Assembly: GCA_030141605.1 (NCBI GenBank)
Contig: JAQGDQ010002388.1
Span: 170,452 to 234,451 of the forward strand
Origin: Tubiluchus corallicola
Taxonomy: Eukaryota > Animalia > Priapulida
Direction: 5' to 3'
DNA: 64,000 nucleotides
Shown here in pieces: positions 1-10,348 of this stretch; the first letter of the stretch is position 1, and the number at the start of each line of letters is the position of its first letter. The position numbers and the translations under genes were made by a program. Below the pieces are notes generated by a model. It made no database searches. It saw nothing but the letters and a program-made list of their open reading frames with translations, and had not been told where the DNA came from.

Positions 1-212
1 GCAATATGAAAAAGCAAAAATCATGCCAAATATGATTGTAATTTACATATACATAGCAACGAGTAATAAAAATCTATAGGAAATTGAGAACTAGAAATAT
101 AGATGTTTGAAACAAAAGAACTCAGGGATTTTTAGCTTCTTTCAGAGACCCGATAGCAAAAATTGAAAAGCGAGTAGAGCGTAGGAAAATAAAGTATAAC
201 AACTTTTACACT

Positions 213-695
213 TTAATCTTTTCGACAAAATTCCTGAAAAAAAGATTTTAGTAGCTTTCCACAACGCCGTTCCTCTAGCCCTCCATAAACCTCGGGTTTA
301 TGTAAGCATGTATGATGATCAAAAACACGCGCTCCATGATCAACGCCCCCCCCTTTTATATCCCAAGCACCAAAATATAAACGCCTAATACGCGCATGTG
401 CAATTGCGCCCGCACACATGGCACATGGTTCTAATGTTACATACAAATCACAATCCTCTAAACGATCTTTCTCTAAATAACGACACGCAGATTGCAAAGC
501 AAGAATCTCAGCATGTGCTGTTGGATCTTTCAAAGAGTAAACAAAATTATGCGCACGCCCCACTACCAAACCATCATAAAACCGCACAACTAAAGCACCA
601 ATAGGAACTTCTTTGAAAGAAAGCCCCTTTTTAGCCTTTTCAATAGCTTTTTTCATGTAGTTATTATGAGTAGATATTGTATAGTATACCATCAC
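213..695 (-). CDS. tadA: tRNA adenosine(34) deaminase (nucleoside deaminase)
   Basis: EVPIGA, DPTAHAE and TLEPCAMC zinc-deaminase motifs; start could be 692 or 656. Confidence 0.92.
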   Translation of the reverse strand: MMVYYTISTHNNYMKKAIEKAKKGLSFKEVPIGALVVRFYDGLVVGRAHNFVYSLKDPTAHAEILALQSACRYLEKDRLEDCDLYVTLEPCAMCAGAIAHARIRRLYFGAWDIKGGGVDHGARVFDHHTCLHKPEVYGGLEERRCGKLLKSFFQEFCRKD

Positions 696-771
696 ATAAA
701 TCCTTATCTAAAAATAATCTAATGAACACTAATTCAAAAAATATTTCTAAAAATATATATTTAAAATATTA

Positions 772-800
772 TTGAAAAGCTTTTTATAAAGTAGTATTCT
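772..800 (+). promoter_or_regulatory. Putative sigma-70 promoter for the sugar ABC operon
   Basis: TTGAAA-N17-TATTCT with an overlapping 10-bp palindrome AAAAGCTTTT (775-784); the region is very AT-rich so a chance match is possible. Confidence 0.3.
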
Positions 801-1027
801 TTGAAAATGCATGCTAGAAATAATAATGATTTAAAAGTTGCTATTATAATAAATTAAGCTTGCAACTGGGGAGCTTCTTATATGCCACACAAGCAACTAT
901 GTTATTAGCATTATAAACATAATTATGATATATACTTTTTGATTAAAGGGTAATAGTATATTTCGAACACTAGTAAAGCTCTACAATGTTTTATAAGTTT
1001 TTTAAAAACTCAAGGAGGCATTTGAGT

Positions 1028-2332
1028 ATGAAAATATATTTTTCTTTAAAAAAAGCATTTTTTTTAGCTTTATTCACTTCAATCATAATACCGCAATTTT
1101 TACAAGCAAAATCTGTTGAAATCACTGTATGGTTTCAAGGAAATGATGATGAGATCGTGGAATGGGTAAAGCAAATTAAAGCATTTAATGAGCAACAAAA
1201 TGAAATTTTCGTCAAATACACTATTATGCCGCATGGTGGATACAACGAACAAGTTGGCGCCGCTGCTATGTCAAAAAAGCTTCCTGACATTCTTCAATTA
1301 GATGCACCCTTCTTAGCAGGTTACGTTTGGTCCCAATACATCCAACCTATTGAACCATATATTAGCACAGATCTTCTCAAAGATATGACACCCTCAAACA
1401 AGTCACAAGGTCGTTACCCGGTCGATAACAAGCTCTATGCTATCGGCATGTTTGATAGCGCAGTTCTTCTTTATGGGAACAAAAAGTATCTGGAAAAAAT
1501 TAATGCTAGAATTCCAACTTCTGTTGATGAGCCATGGACACGAAGTGAGTTTGAAGAATATATGGAAAAGCTCGCTGAACTCCCTGAAATCCTTTGGCCC
1601 CTAGACCTACGTCTTGCTTATGGAGTTGGCGAGTGGTACACATATGCATTCTCTCCAATGTTCCAATCCATGGGCTGTGATCTCATTAATCGGAAAACAT
1701 GGACTGCACAAAAAACACTTAATGCTGCACCTTGCATTGAAGCTGCTCAAATGATGCAAGGCTGGGCAAAAAAAGGATGGATCGCTCCTGCCAGTGCTGG
1801 AAGTAGCGTTTTCTTTAATGATGATCGGCAAGTTGCTCTTAAGCTTGGTGGCAATTGGGGCTATAAAGATGCAGAGCCTTTCCTTAAAGAAGATCTCGTA
1901 GCTATGCCCTATCCTAAATTTGGAGGCAAGCATGTCTCTCCTAACGGAACATGGATATGGGCGATTACAAAAAGCAGCAAAAACCCAAAAGCCGCTGGAA
2001 AATTTATCGAATATCTTGTTAATACAGAAACAATCGCAAACTTTGCTGATGCCCGTGCTGCAGTACCAGGCCTTTCTTCCGCTATCAAAATCTCAGAGCT
2101 TTATCAAGAGGGTGGAGCTCTTGATATCATCTCTCAACAAGCTGAAAAAACCGCTTTTGAAAGACCACCACATCCAGCATACCCAGTAATTACTGTCTCT
2201 TTTGCTAATGCAATAAATAACATTCTTAGTGGTGGCAATTCAAAACGAGAACTAACAAATGCCGCAAAGAAAATTGACGATGATATTGAAGATAATAGCG
2301 GCTATCCTCCCTATGTGCATGGAGCACGTTAA
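1028..2332 (+). CDS. Carbohydrate ABC transporter substrate-binding protein (CUT1 family)
   Basis: Signal peptide ending FLQA, LPDILQLDAP and KNPKAAGKFIEYL motifs; AGGAGG SD before ATG 1028 (ORF track starts at 986); followed by permeases. Confidence 0.9.
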   Translation: MKIYFSLKKAFFLALFTSIIIPQFLQAKSVEITVWFQGNDDEIVEWVKQIKAFNEQQNEIFVKYTIMPHGGYNEQVGAAAMSKKLPDILQLDAPFLAGYVWSQYIQPIEPYISTDLLKDMTPSNKSQGRYPVDNKLYAIGMFDSAVLLYGNKKYLEKINARIPTSVDEPWTRSEFEEYMEKLAELPEILWPLDLRLAYGVGEWYTYAFSPMFQSMGCDLINRKTWTAQKTLNAAPCIEAAQMMQGWAKKGWIAPASAGSSVFFNDDRQVALKLGGNWGYKDAEPFLKEDLVAMPYPKFGGKHVSPNGTWIWAITKSSKNPKAAGKFIEYLVNTETIANFADARAAVPGLSSAIKISELYQEGGALDIISQQAEKTAFERPPHPAYPVITVSFANAINNILSGGNSKRELTNAAKKIDDDIEDNSGYPPYVHGAR

Positions 2333-2369
2333 GTATTAAATAAACTTTAAGAAATTAAGCTAGAAATAT

Positions 2370-2390
2370 AAGCATTCTTTATGCTTTTTT
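2370..2390 (+). terminator. Weak hairpin plus U-tract after first binding-protein gene
   Basis: AAGCAT-tcttt-ATGCTT followed by TTTT; only a 6-bp AT-rich stem. Confidence 0.3.
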
Positions 2391-2545
2391 ACTTGGATTA
2401 TTGAAAATATGACTTTCATATATAGCTTACAGTAAATTTTTTCTAAATAACTTGTTTGCTACCGTTGCTCTAAATAGTATAAGTTGTATTATGCGTTTTA
2501 ATATGTTAATAAAGCCTATGTAAACTTAAATATTAAGGTCTCAGC

Positions 2546-3832
2546 ATGAAAATATCATTGTTCTATAAAGCCAATTTAATAATAGGGCTATTTCTGTTTT
2601 TATCTGGATTCGCAAATCCAGATAGAACCATAGTTACAATATGGTTACAAAATCAAGATAAAAATATAACCGACTGGATTACAACAATTCAAGGGTTTAA
2701 TATACAACAAGAAGATAATATTTTCATTGATTATCGTGTTATTGATTATTTAGAAATCGAAAATCGCCTTTTTTCTGCACTCAGAGCAGGGACACTGCCT
2801 GATATTATTCAAATCAATGCAAGCTTTCTGAATGAGTATGCACAAAACAACTTGTTTACTCCTATTTCTCCTTATATCAGCCCTTACATCATCAATGATA
2901 TGACTCTTTCAAATAAACAAAAAGGAACCTACCATCTTGATAATGAGCTTTACGGAATTTCCCTTTTTGAAAGCAGCCCTATTCTTTATGGAAATAAAAA
3001 ATATCTTGAGGAAATTGACGCTAGAATTCCACAATCTTTAGATGAAGTTTGGACAACAAGAGAATTTGAAGGCTATATGAGAAAACTCTCTAAAATTCCT
3101 GGTGTTTTTGCAGCACTTGATATGCAATTTTACTATCAATTTCCTCACTGGATTACACATCTCATCTTTCCCATTTTTCAGGCTATGGGGTGTAGAGCAA
3201 TCAACACAGAGGATGATAAAGTTAGTGGAGCTTTAAATTCAGAGCCTTGCCTACAAGCAGCTAAAAAAATACAATATTGGAATATTCGAGAATGGATTAC
3301 ACCACTAGATACTATATCAAATATTCTTATTAACCAGAACAGATTTTCTACTCTTAAATTCGATAACTATCTAGGAAATCTTAAAATACAAGATTTTCTC
3401 TCAGAAGATATCGCTATTATACCTTTTCCTCAATTTGGCGAAGACTATATCGCCCCTACTAGCTCATGGTCTTTCGCACTTTCAAAAAACACAAAAAATC
3501 CTCAAGCTGCTGGAAAGTTTATCGAACACCTCATTAGGAAAACTAATTTTGACAACTATGTTGCAGTCCCAGGATTTAAATCTATCATTGAATCCTCTCC
3601 TCTTTATCAAAAGGGTGCTCCTTTAAATATCATGGTCCAACAAATTGAAAAGTCAGTGCCACAAACAACAAGATATGCTCCTTATAAAACCTTCACTTTA
3701 ATTTTTTCTACACTCCTATCCAATATCTTGTCTGGCAAAAAGCCAGAAACAGAGCTCATTTACGCCTCGCAAAAAATTGATGACGCAATTGCTCAATATA
3801 GGAGGTTATTTGGTTCTTATCCTAGGTATTGA
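2546..3832 (+). CDS. Second, diverged carbohydrate ABC substrate-binding protein (paralog of 1028..2332)
   Basis: Signal peptide; shares LYGNKKYLExIxARIPxSxDExWTxxEFExYMxKL and KNPxAAGKFIExL with upstream protein. Confidence 0.85.
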   Translation: MKISLFYKANLIIGLFLFLSGFANPDRTIVTIWLQNQDKNITDWITTIQGFNIQQEDNIFIDYRVIDYLEIENRLFSALRAGTLPDIIQINASFLNEYAQNNLFTPISPYISPYIINDMTLSNKQKGTYHLDNELYGISLFESSPILYGNKKYLEEIDARIPQSLDEVWTTREFEGYMRKLSKIPGVFAALDMQFYYQFPHWITHLIFPIFQAMGCRAINTEDDKVSGALNSEPCLQAAKKIQYWNIREWITPLDTISNILINQNRFSTLKFDNYLGNLKIQDFLSEDIAIIPFPQFGEDYIAPTSSWSFALSKNTKNPQAAGKFIEHLIRKTNFDNYVAVPGFKSIIESSPLYQKGAPLNIMVQQIEKSVPQTTRYAPYKTFTLIFSTLLSNILSGKKPETELIYASQKIDDAIAQYRRLFGSYPRY

Positions 3833-3895
3833 TTTATACACTTTGTAAGAAATACGCAAACACTAAATAAAAAACACCATTAGGTAATCATAAAC

Positions 3896-4819
3896 ATGCA
3901 GCAATCAGTGCCATTTTCAAAAAAGTGGAACAAAATTAAAAATAAAGATACATATCAGCCTATTTTAATGCTTCTTCCCGCTTTTATCTTTATTGCAATT
4001 TTTCTGGTTATTCCTTTTTTCTTAGCTTTTTATTTCTCTCTTACAAATGAACGACTAATTCCAAGACCAATACCAACAAAATTTGTTGGCTTACAGAATT
4101 ATACCCGAATTCTACAAGATGAGCAATTTTGGATCGCTTTTTGGAATGTTTGCAGGTTTGCTATCATGGTCATTCCTCTTCAATGCGGCACTGCATTGTT
4201 GATGGCAACCCTCATTAATCAAAAAATACCCTGTAAAAATTTCTTTAGAAGTGCCCTTTTTCTCCCCGCCATGACATCCATGGTCGTTGTTTGTGTTATA
4301 TGGGGCAGTCTTTTTCAATACCCTAATGGTGTTCTAAACACTATTATCTCTCTTCTTACATTTGGGCTTGCTGGTAATATTGACTGGCTTCAAAATCCTT
4401 CTCTTGCTATGCCCTCAATCGTTCTTCTCTCCGCATGGCAAGGGTATGGTATCCAGATGATCATATATCTCGCTGGACTCCAAAATATTTCCTTAGAGCT
4501 TTATGATGCTGCCAAAATTGACGGTGCAAGCGTGTGGCAGCGCTTCTGGAATATAACATTTCCAGGGCTTTATAGAACACATATTTTCGTTATCATTACA
4601 ACAACAATTCAAGCTTTCAAGCTCTTCACTCAGGTTAATATTATGACACAAGGCGGTCCTCTTGGCAGCACAAATACCGTCGTTCGATATATATATGTCT
4701 CTGGATTTATTGAACAAAAAGTTGGATACGCGGCGGCGGCTTCTATTATTTTCTTCTTTTTCGTTCTCATAATTTCAGCCTTCCAGCGCTACATTCTTAA
4801 AGATACAAAGTCAACCTAA
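3896..4819 (+). CDS. Carbohydrate ABC transporter permease (MalF/UgpA-like)
   Basis: FVGLQNY motif, EAA loop ELYDAAKIDGAS, multiple TM segments. Confidence 0.93.
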   Translation: MQQSVPFSKKWNKIKNKDTYQPILMLLPAFIFIAIFLVIPFFLAFYFSLTNERLIPRPIPTKFVGLQNYTRILQDEQFWIAFWNVCRFAIMVIPLQCGTALLMATLINQKIPCKNFFRSALFLPAMTSMVVVCVIWGSLFQYPNGVLNTIISLLTFGLAGNIDWLQNPSLAMPSIVLLSAWQGYGIQMIIYLAGLQNISLELYDAAKIDGASVWQRFWNITFPGLYRTHIFVIITTTIQAFKLFTQVNIMTQGGPLGSTNTVVRYIYVSGFIEQKVGYAAAASIIFFFFVLIISAFQRYILKDTKST

Positions 4820-4832
4820 AAGATAAAAAACT

Positions 4833-5669
4833 ATGAAACAAAACACACTTAGAAATATTCAGATCATAAGTTTAACCATTATTGTCGTTGTTCTTTGTTC
4901 TCCTCTCTTGTTAATGTTCGCCTCAAGCTTAAAAACAAATGAATATGAAATTCTTAAAGATTTCGGAAGCCTGAAAGCATTCTACGTCACAGATCCAACA
5001 TTAAAAAATTTTCATGAACTCCTTCTTTCCGATGTGCTTCCCTTTGGACGATACATCATTAATTCCTTTATCATTGTCTCATGTACTGTCTTTGGAGGAA
5101 TTATCATAAATTCAATGGCTGGATATACTCTTGCAATTGGAAAATTTCCCTATAAAAATATTATCTTAACATTCCTCATTTCTGTTTATATTATTCCCTT
5201 TGAGGCTATTGTAATTCCTCTACTTCTTGTTGTTAACAAAATGGGCATTATGGATACGCTTACTGTACAAATTGTCCCTAAAATCGCAAATGCTTTCTTC
5301 ATATATCTTTTCTATCAATTTTTTATGCTCGTCCCTAAAGATCTTGCGGAAGCTGCAAAAACAGATGGAGCTTCTTTCTTCCAAACATACTGGCGAATCT
5401 ATATTCCTCTGTCTATACCAACAATGGCAACTGTTGCTATTCTTCAGGCTTTAGAGTCTTGGAATGATTACCTCTGGCCTCTCATGGTTGCAAGAGCTGA
5501 TGAAGCTAGACCTATCTCTATTGGTGTTGCTATGTTTTTTACAGAGCATATCAAATGGGATAAAGCCATGGCTGCTTCTGTACTTATGATGATCCCCATT
5601 CTCATCTTATATCTTGTTTTTCAAAGATGGTTCATTCAATCCCTTATGGGCTCTGCCGTTAAAGGTTAA
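4833..5669 (+). CDS. Carbohydrate ABC transporter permease (MalG/UgpE-like)
   Basis: EAA loop DLAEAAKTDGAS, WNDYLWPL, C-terminal AVKG. Confidence 0.93.
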   Translation: MKQNTLRNIQIISLTIIVVVLCSPLLLMFASSLKTNEYEILKDFGSLKAFYVTDPTLKNFHELLLSDVLPFGRYIINSFIIVSCTVFGGIIINSMAGYTLAIGKFPYKNIILTFLISVYIIPFEAIVIPLLLVVNKMGIMDTLTVQIVPKIANAFFIYLFYQFFMLVPKDLAEAAKTDGASFFQTYWRIYIPLSIPTMATVAILQALESWNDYLWPLMVARADEARPISIGVAMFFTEHIKWDKAMAASVLMMIPILILYLVFQRWFIQSLMGSAVKG

Positions 5670-5699
5670 AAAAAATCATAAATATTAAGTGACTGTAAC

Positions 5700-6662
5700 A
5701 TGTTTAAACCCACAAATCGATTTCTTTGGGACTTTTGGATTCTGAAAGAAAATAAAACCTATACTCTTTTTTATTTAACAGCTCCTATAGATCCCAATCC
5801 AGAAACACGCCATAGTAACGCAAAAGTAGCCATGGCAACTTCCCAAGATCTTAAACATTGGAGTGATAAAGGAATTATCTTTTCACCACCAGATGATGAA
5901 AAGCAATGGGATAACAGAACTATATGGACAGGAAGTGTTCTTAAAATCAACCCTAATATTCATAATTATAAATATGTCATGATGTATACAGGCACAAATA
6001 AAATAGAAAAAGCCACTATGCAGAGAATTGGGCTTGCATTTTCTAATGATCTTATAAACTGGTCTAGAAGTAGCGCTAACCCCTTAGAAGTTGATCAACG
6101 CTTTTATGCAACTCATAATCCTTATCACTATAATGATACAGCTTGGCGCGATCCATGGATTTACTTTGATGAAAAAAAGCAAGACTATTCCGCTCTTATT
6201 ACTGCTGAAAATAAAAACTTCCCACAAGAGCAATCTGGATGTGTTGCTATTGCACGATCTAAAGACTTAATAAAATGGCGCTGCTATCCCCCAATTACTC
6301 CATTAACTCCTCTGCGGCAAATGGAAGTTCCTTTCATCCATTATCATAACAAGCTATATTATTTGTTTGTTAACGCTACTCAGGATTGTGTCTTACCTAA
6401 CACAGAAATTCCTCGAAAAAGTGGGACATTTTATTTTACGTCTGCTACCATTGATAAAGACTATCAGTACAAAGGAATGCTTTATGGTGTCGATTCTCCT
6501 ATGCCACAACTTTATACACCAAAATTCATTAAAGATCCCCAAGAAAACCTCGTTATGCTTGCTTGGAAAGGATACGATGAAAATAATAATTTCGGTGGCT
6601 ATCTGATTGACCCCATCCCTGTAACCTTTTCAGATAAAGGTGCAGTTATATTGAACTTCTAA
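5700..6662 (+). CDS. Glycoside hydrolase clan GH-J (GH32/GH68-like) beta-fructofuranosidase, probably cytoplasmic
   Basis: WDFW nucleophile motif, WTGS, WRDPW and QMEVP acid/base motif; repeated S-x-D-L-x-x-W propeller motifs; no signal peptide. Confidence 0.8.
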   Translation: MFKPTNRFLWDFWILKENKTYTLFYLTAPIDPNPETRHSNAKVAMATSQDLKHWSDKGIIFSPPDDEKQWDNRTIWTGSVLKINPNIHNYKYVMMYTGTNKIEKATMQRIGLAFSNDLINWSRSSANPLEVDQRFYATHNPYHYNDTAWRDPWIYFDEKKQDYSALITAENKNFPQEQSGCVAIARSKDLIKWRCYPPITPLTPLRQMEVPFIHYHNKLYYLFVNATQDCVLPNTEIPRKSGTFYFTSATIDKDYQYKGMLYGVDSPMPQLYTPKFIKDPQENLVMLAWKGYDENNNFGGYLIDPIPVTFSDKGAVILNF

Positions 6663-6775
6663 AAAGAAACATCTGTAGTAGCACTAAATAAATACCATAG
6701 ATAAAATAATGTAACTAATAATATAAAGATACACATTAGATACTGTGCTCAACTCAGTAACTAAAGACAGGTAAC

Positions 6776-7663
6776 TTAGGAAAGTTCACCACCTGCATCT
6801 TTCAATACTAAAGTCTGCATTTTCTGAAAAGCTTTCGCCTCTAGCTGACGAATACGCTCTCTGCTAATATTCAGCTTCTGGCTTAATACCTCAAGTGTAA
6901 CAGGCTTCTCCCGAAGCTTGCGTTCTCGGATAATTAGCTGTTCTCGCTCTGACAGTTGTGACAAAACTTTGTCTAAGATCTTGTACTGCAAACGTTTCTT
7001 CTCTTCTGAAACAAGCATTGCTTCTGGACCTAATGTTTTATCTTCTAGGAAATCCATTCTCTCTGTAGTTCCATCTTCCAGTAAAGGAGTATTTAAAGAG
7101 CTATCTCGATAAGATAAACGTCTATTAAACTCAATAAGTTCCTTCTCACCAACCCCTGTTTCCTCTGCTAAGCGCTGTGCATCTTCTTTACTTAAGTCTC
7201 CATTATCGAAAATATTCAACTTTCTTTTTAATTTTTTAAAGCTAAAAAAAAGCTTTTTTTGAGATTCCATTGATCCAATTCTTACAAGAGACCATGACTT
7301 TAATATATATTCAGAAATCGCCGCTTTGATCCACCACATTGCATAAGTCGCTAAGCGAAAGCCTCTCTCAGGATCAAAACGACGAACAGCCTTCATTAAC
7401 CCTGTGTTTCCCTCTGCAATCAAATCTGAAACTAGCAAACCATATCCTTTATATTGCATAGCCATCTTTACAACAAGGCGCAAATGGCTAGTTACAAGAC
7501 GGTGTGCTGCCTTCAAATCCTTATGATCACGCCAGCGGCACGCAAGCATATACTCTTCTTCAGAACTAAGAATTGGAAATTTCCATATCTCTGCGATCCA
7601 GAAAGAAAGATCTTCCTCTCTTTGTAAAACAGGAAGTGCGCTACTATCGTAATATGTTGCCAT
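6776..7663 (-). CDS. rpoH: RNA polymerase sigma factor sigma-32
   Basis: LVTSHLRLVVK, DLIAEGNTGLMKAV, RpoH-box-like QKKLFF, SRERIRQLE; likely ATG at 7663 (ORF track 7720). Confidence 0.9.
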   Translation of the reverse strand: MATYYDSSALPVLQREEDLSFWIAEIWKFPILSSEEEYMLACRWRDHKDLKAAHRLVTSHLRLVVKMAMQYKGYGLLVSDLIAEGNTGLMKAVRRFDPERGFRLATYAMWWIKAAISEYILKSWSLVRIGSMESQKKLFFSFKKLKRKLNIFDNGDLSKEDAQRLAEETGVGEKELIEFNRRLSYRDSSLNTPLLEDGTTERMDFLEDKTLGPEAMLVSEEKKRLQYKILDKVLSQLSEREQLIIRERKLREKPVTLEVLSQKLNISRERIRQLEAKAFQKMQTLVLKDAGGELS

Positions 7664-7888
7664 AGACTGCCCTTTAGATGTCAAAAAACACTGCTTATAA
7701 CTCCAAGAGTATAAACTCACATATATAATAAAAACAATTATTTTAGCATAAAACAGTTACAAAAACAAGTTTATCTATAATGTTTACAAAAAAATATAAC
7801 AATAACACTCAACTGTAAATTCTTTACCATATGATTCTAAAAGGATTGAAAAATAGGCTGATTAATCCTGTTAAATTTATTAAACCTA

Positions 7889-8653
7889 CTAAAAATCCTC
7901 TTCTAACTCTTCAATCTCTGGTAAAATGAATTCCGAGCTCTGATCATGTATACGTGCTTGGCGATTTTGATAGTACAAACTCTTAATCATTGTATATGGA
8001 TCAACAGAAGTCATAATAACCTTTTCGTAATCATCAATAATATCTGCATAAGCAACAACAGACTGAGCACTATTCGCAATATACCAGTCTGATACGTCAT
8101 AATCTAAAAAATAGGTTGCAGGATGTAAAAAAGTATCTACCCCTGTACCTAAAACATCCCGAAAGCTAGAGGTTCCTAATACTGGGATAAACAAGTAAGG
8201 TCCAAAACCTACCCCCCATCTTCCCAGTGTCTGACCAAAATCTTCCTTATGACGCTCTATACCATTTTTTCCCGCAACATCAAAAATACCCGCAACACCA
8301 AGTGTAGAATTAATACCAAAGCGCTTTATACTATTGACAAAACTATCTGAGCGCCCTTGTAACAAATTGTTCACAGCATAAGCAGGTTCTTTTAAATTTT
8401 GATGAACATTCCGTAATCCCATTTGAACTGGCGGAGGAAACATTCCTTTGTAAAAATGAGTTACTGGGCTTAAAACAACAGCATCAATAATACGATGAAT
8501 ACCAAACATAACCCTGTTAAATGGCTCTAGAGGATCTTTTATCTCACTTCCTTTACCGCCATATCCCCACGATTCCAAAGGAACAGAACAAGCAAACAAA
8601 AGACATAATATAAATATAGCCCTCAATAACTTTACCATAATCTTCACCAACAC
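7889..8653 (-). CDS. mlaA: MlaA/VacJ family phospholipid-asymmetry lipoprotein
   Basis: DPLEPFNR, RFGINSTLGVAGIFDVA, EDFGQTLGRWG, DPY motifs; lipobox-like LFAC. Confidence 0.9.
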   Translation of the reverse strand: MLVKIMVKLLRAIFILCLLFACSVPLESWGYGGKGSEIKDPLEPFNRVMFGIHRIIDAVVLSPVTHFYKGMFPPPVQMGLRNVHQNLKEPAYAVNNLLQGRSDSFVNSIKRFGINSTLGVAGIFDVAGKNGIERHKEDFGQTLGRWGVGFGPYLFIPVLGTSSFRDVLGTGVDTFLHPATYFLDYDVSDWYIANSAQSVVAYADIIDDYEKVIMTSVDPYTMIKSLYYQNRQARIHDQSSEFILPEIEELEEDF

Positions 8654-8787
8654 CTCAAAAATTTACAAAATAATCATCGCTTCAGCATACTTACGCTCTT
8701 TAGTGTTTGCTATCACAATTTTATACAACCAACTGTTTAGCATTTTATAATCCAAAACAACTTTTTATTTATTCTTGCTCGCTGCAG

Positions 8788-8817
8788 ATAATACTATATT
8801 TTTCCAGCAACTGTCAA
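8788..8817 (-). promoter_or_regulatory. Putative sigma-70 promoter upstream of mlaA
   Basis: TTGACA-N18-TATTAT on the minus strand. Confidence 0.4.
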
Positions 8818-8921
8818 TCCTACCACAAATGCAATAATTTCATTAGGTTATTTAAACATCATAGAAAATAGTTAAGATATAAGAATGAATTTAAAACCAA
8901 TAAATCTATTGTTTTCTTATG

Positions 8922-9695
8922 CTATTTAAGCTTCTTCCTGTAAGCCTCATATAGTTTCGCAATACGAACAAATCTTGAAAATGACATAATCATTGAAAAT
9001 ATAAACCCATACCATCCTCCCATACAATGTCGTCGTAAAAAATAATATTTGAAAAATGTAAAAGGAAATTCTAATAATAAGCGAATATATAAAATAATTG
9101 GTAGTTTATAGCTTGCTGACATAATCGATATATCCGTGTAATTATTATTCTTCTCAACTAAATGAGAAATTGATCGTATCGAATCATGCCAAATAGCGCC
9201 TTTTAGTGCGCGACCTAGCTCCCGACCAACTTGGACTCTATCCCAAGCAGGATCTTTAGAAAAACGACATTTCTCCTTATTATATAAACGGATTTCTGCA
9301 TAATCATCTGCCCATAAACGTGGTTGAGAAGCAAATGGATAGACAAGTAAAATCCTTAGTCGATACCAAGAAAAAGAGGGTTCTCCAGCTCTAAAAATAT
9401 CCCTTATCTCTTCAGCCAAATCAGACTGAACATATTCATCCGAATCCAAATTCAAAAGCCAGCGATTTGAACAATGTTCCTCTCCCAACCGCTTTTGTAA
9501 TCCATACCCTTTCCAGCAACTCGCACTAATAACCTTTGCTCCGTATACATGCGCAATCTCCACCGTTTTATCTAAGCTTCCACCATCAACAACAACAATC
9601 TCGCTCACCCACTCACAAACAGACTGTAATGCCTTTTCAATCCTATCTTCCTCATTTTTTGATATAATAAAACAAGAAATTGGCAGCCTTTCCAT
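8922..9695 (-). CDS. Glycosyltransferase family 2 (LPS core beta-1,4-glucosyltransferase WaaE/KdtX-like)
   Basis: KNEEDRI, VVDGGSLDKT, WKGYGLQK, LDSDE (DxD) motifs. Confidence 0.85.
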   Translation of the reverse strand: MERLPISCFIISKNEEDRIEKALQSVCEWVSEIVVVDGGSLDKTVEIAHVYGAKVISASCWKGYGLQKRLGEEHCSNRWLLNLDSDEYVQSDLAEEIRDIFRAGEPSFSWYRLRILLVYPFASQPRLWADDYAEIRLYNKEKCRFSKDPAWDRVQVGRELGRALKGAIWHDSIRSISHLVEKNNNYTDISIMSASYKLPIILYIRLLLEFPFTFFKYYFLRRHCMGGWYGFIFSMIMSFSRFVRIAKLYEAYRKKLK

Positions 9696-9982
9696 TCCTA
9701 TATCTTTCCTTTAATTAACATATATAATTTCTTTTAAAATCCCGAAAACTACTTCTAATTTTAGCTAATAATATAGTAGATTATTAGCATCTCATATAAA
9801 TAATTTTATAATATTTTCCAACATTATTTAAACCTATTTAAAGCTCTCATTCATATAAAAACTATTATACCAAGATTCACTGTGTTAACTAAAAAAAACT
9901 CTCTTTAAAAAACAGGCTGAATTCTTTATAATTATACAAATATACTATTATAAATATACAAAACAAGACAAGGAGCTAAACC

Positions 9983-10348
9983 ATGCCCTATGATCCAGAA
10001 AATATTTTCGCAAAAATCATCCGGCAAGAAATCCCTTGTGAGAAAGTATATGAAGATAACACAACGATTGCTTTCAAGGATATCAATCCACAAGCACGTG
10101 TTCATCTTCTCGTTATTCCAAAAGGAAGTTATGTCTCTTGGGATGATTTCACGCAAAAAGCAACAAATGACGAAATTGCAACCTTTATAAAATCTATTGG
10201 AAAGATAACGCGACAATTGGGGTTGGCTAAAAGTGGATATAGAATTATTACAAACCATGGAGAAAATGCTCATCAGGAAGTTCCTCATTTCCATATTCAC
10301 ATACTCGCTGGAAATGACTTAGGAAATGGCCTTCTTCCTAAAAACTGA
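9983..10348 (+). CDS. Histidine triad nucleotide-binding protein (HinT family)
   Basis: NIFAKII, FKDINPQA, QEVPHFHIH HIT motif; AGGAG SD. Confidence 0.93.
   Translation: MPYDPENIFAKIIRQEIPCEKVYEDNTTIAFKDINPQARVHLLVIPKGSYVSWDDFTQKATNDEIATFIKSIGKITRQLGLAKSGYRIITNHGENAHQEVPHFHIHILAGNDLGNGLLPKN

Noticed and set aside
1-212. Possible gene fragment or ncRNA at the window start
   Set aside because: No convincing reading frame or structured RNA could be identified
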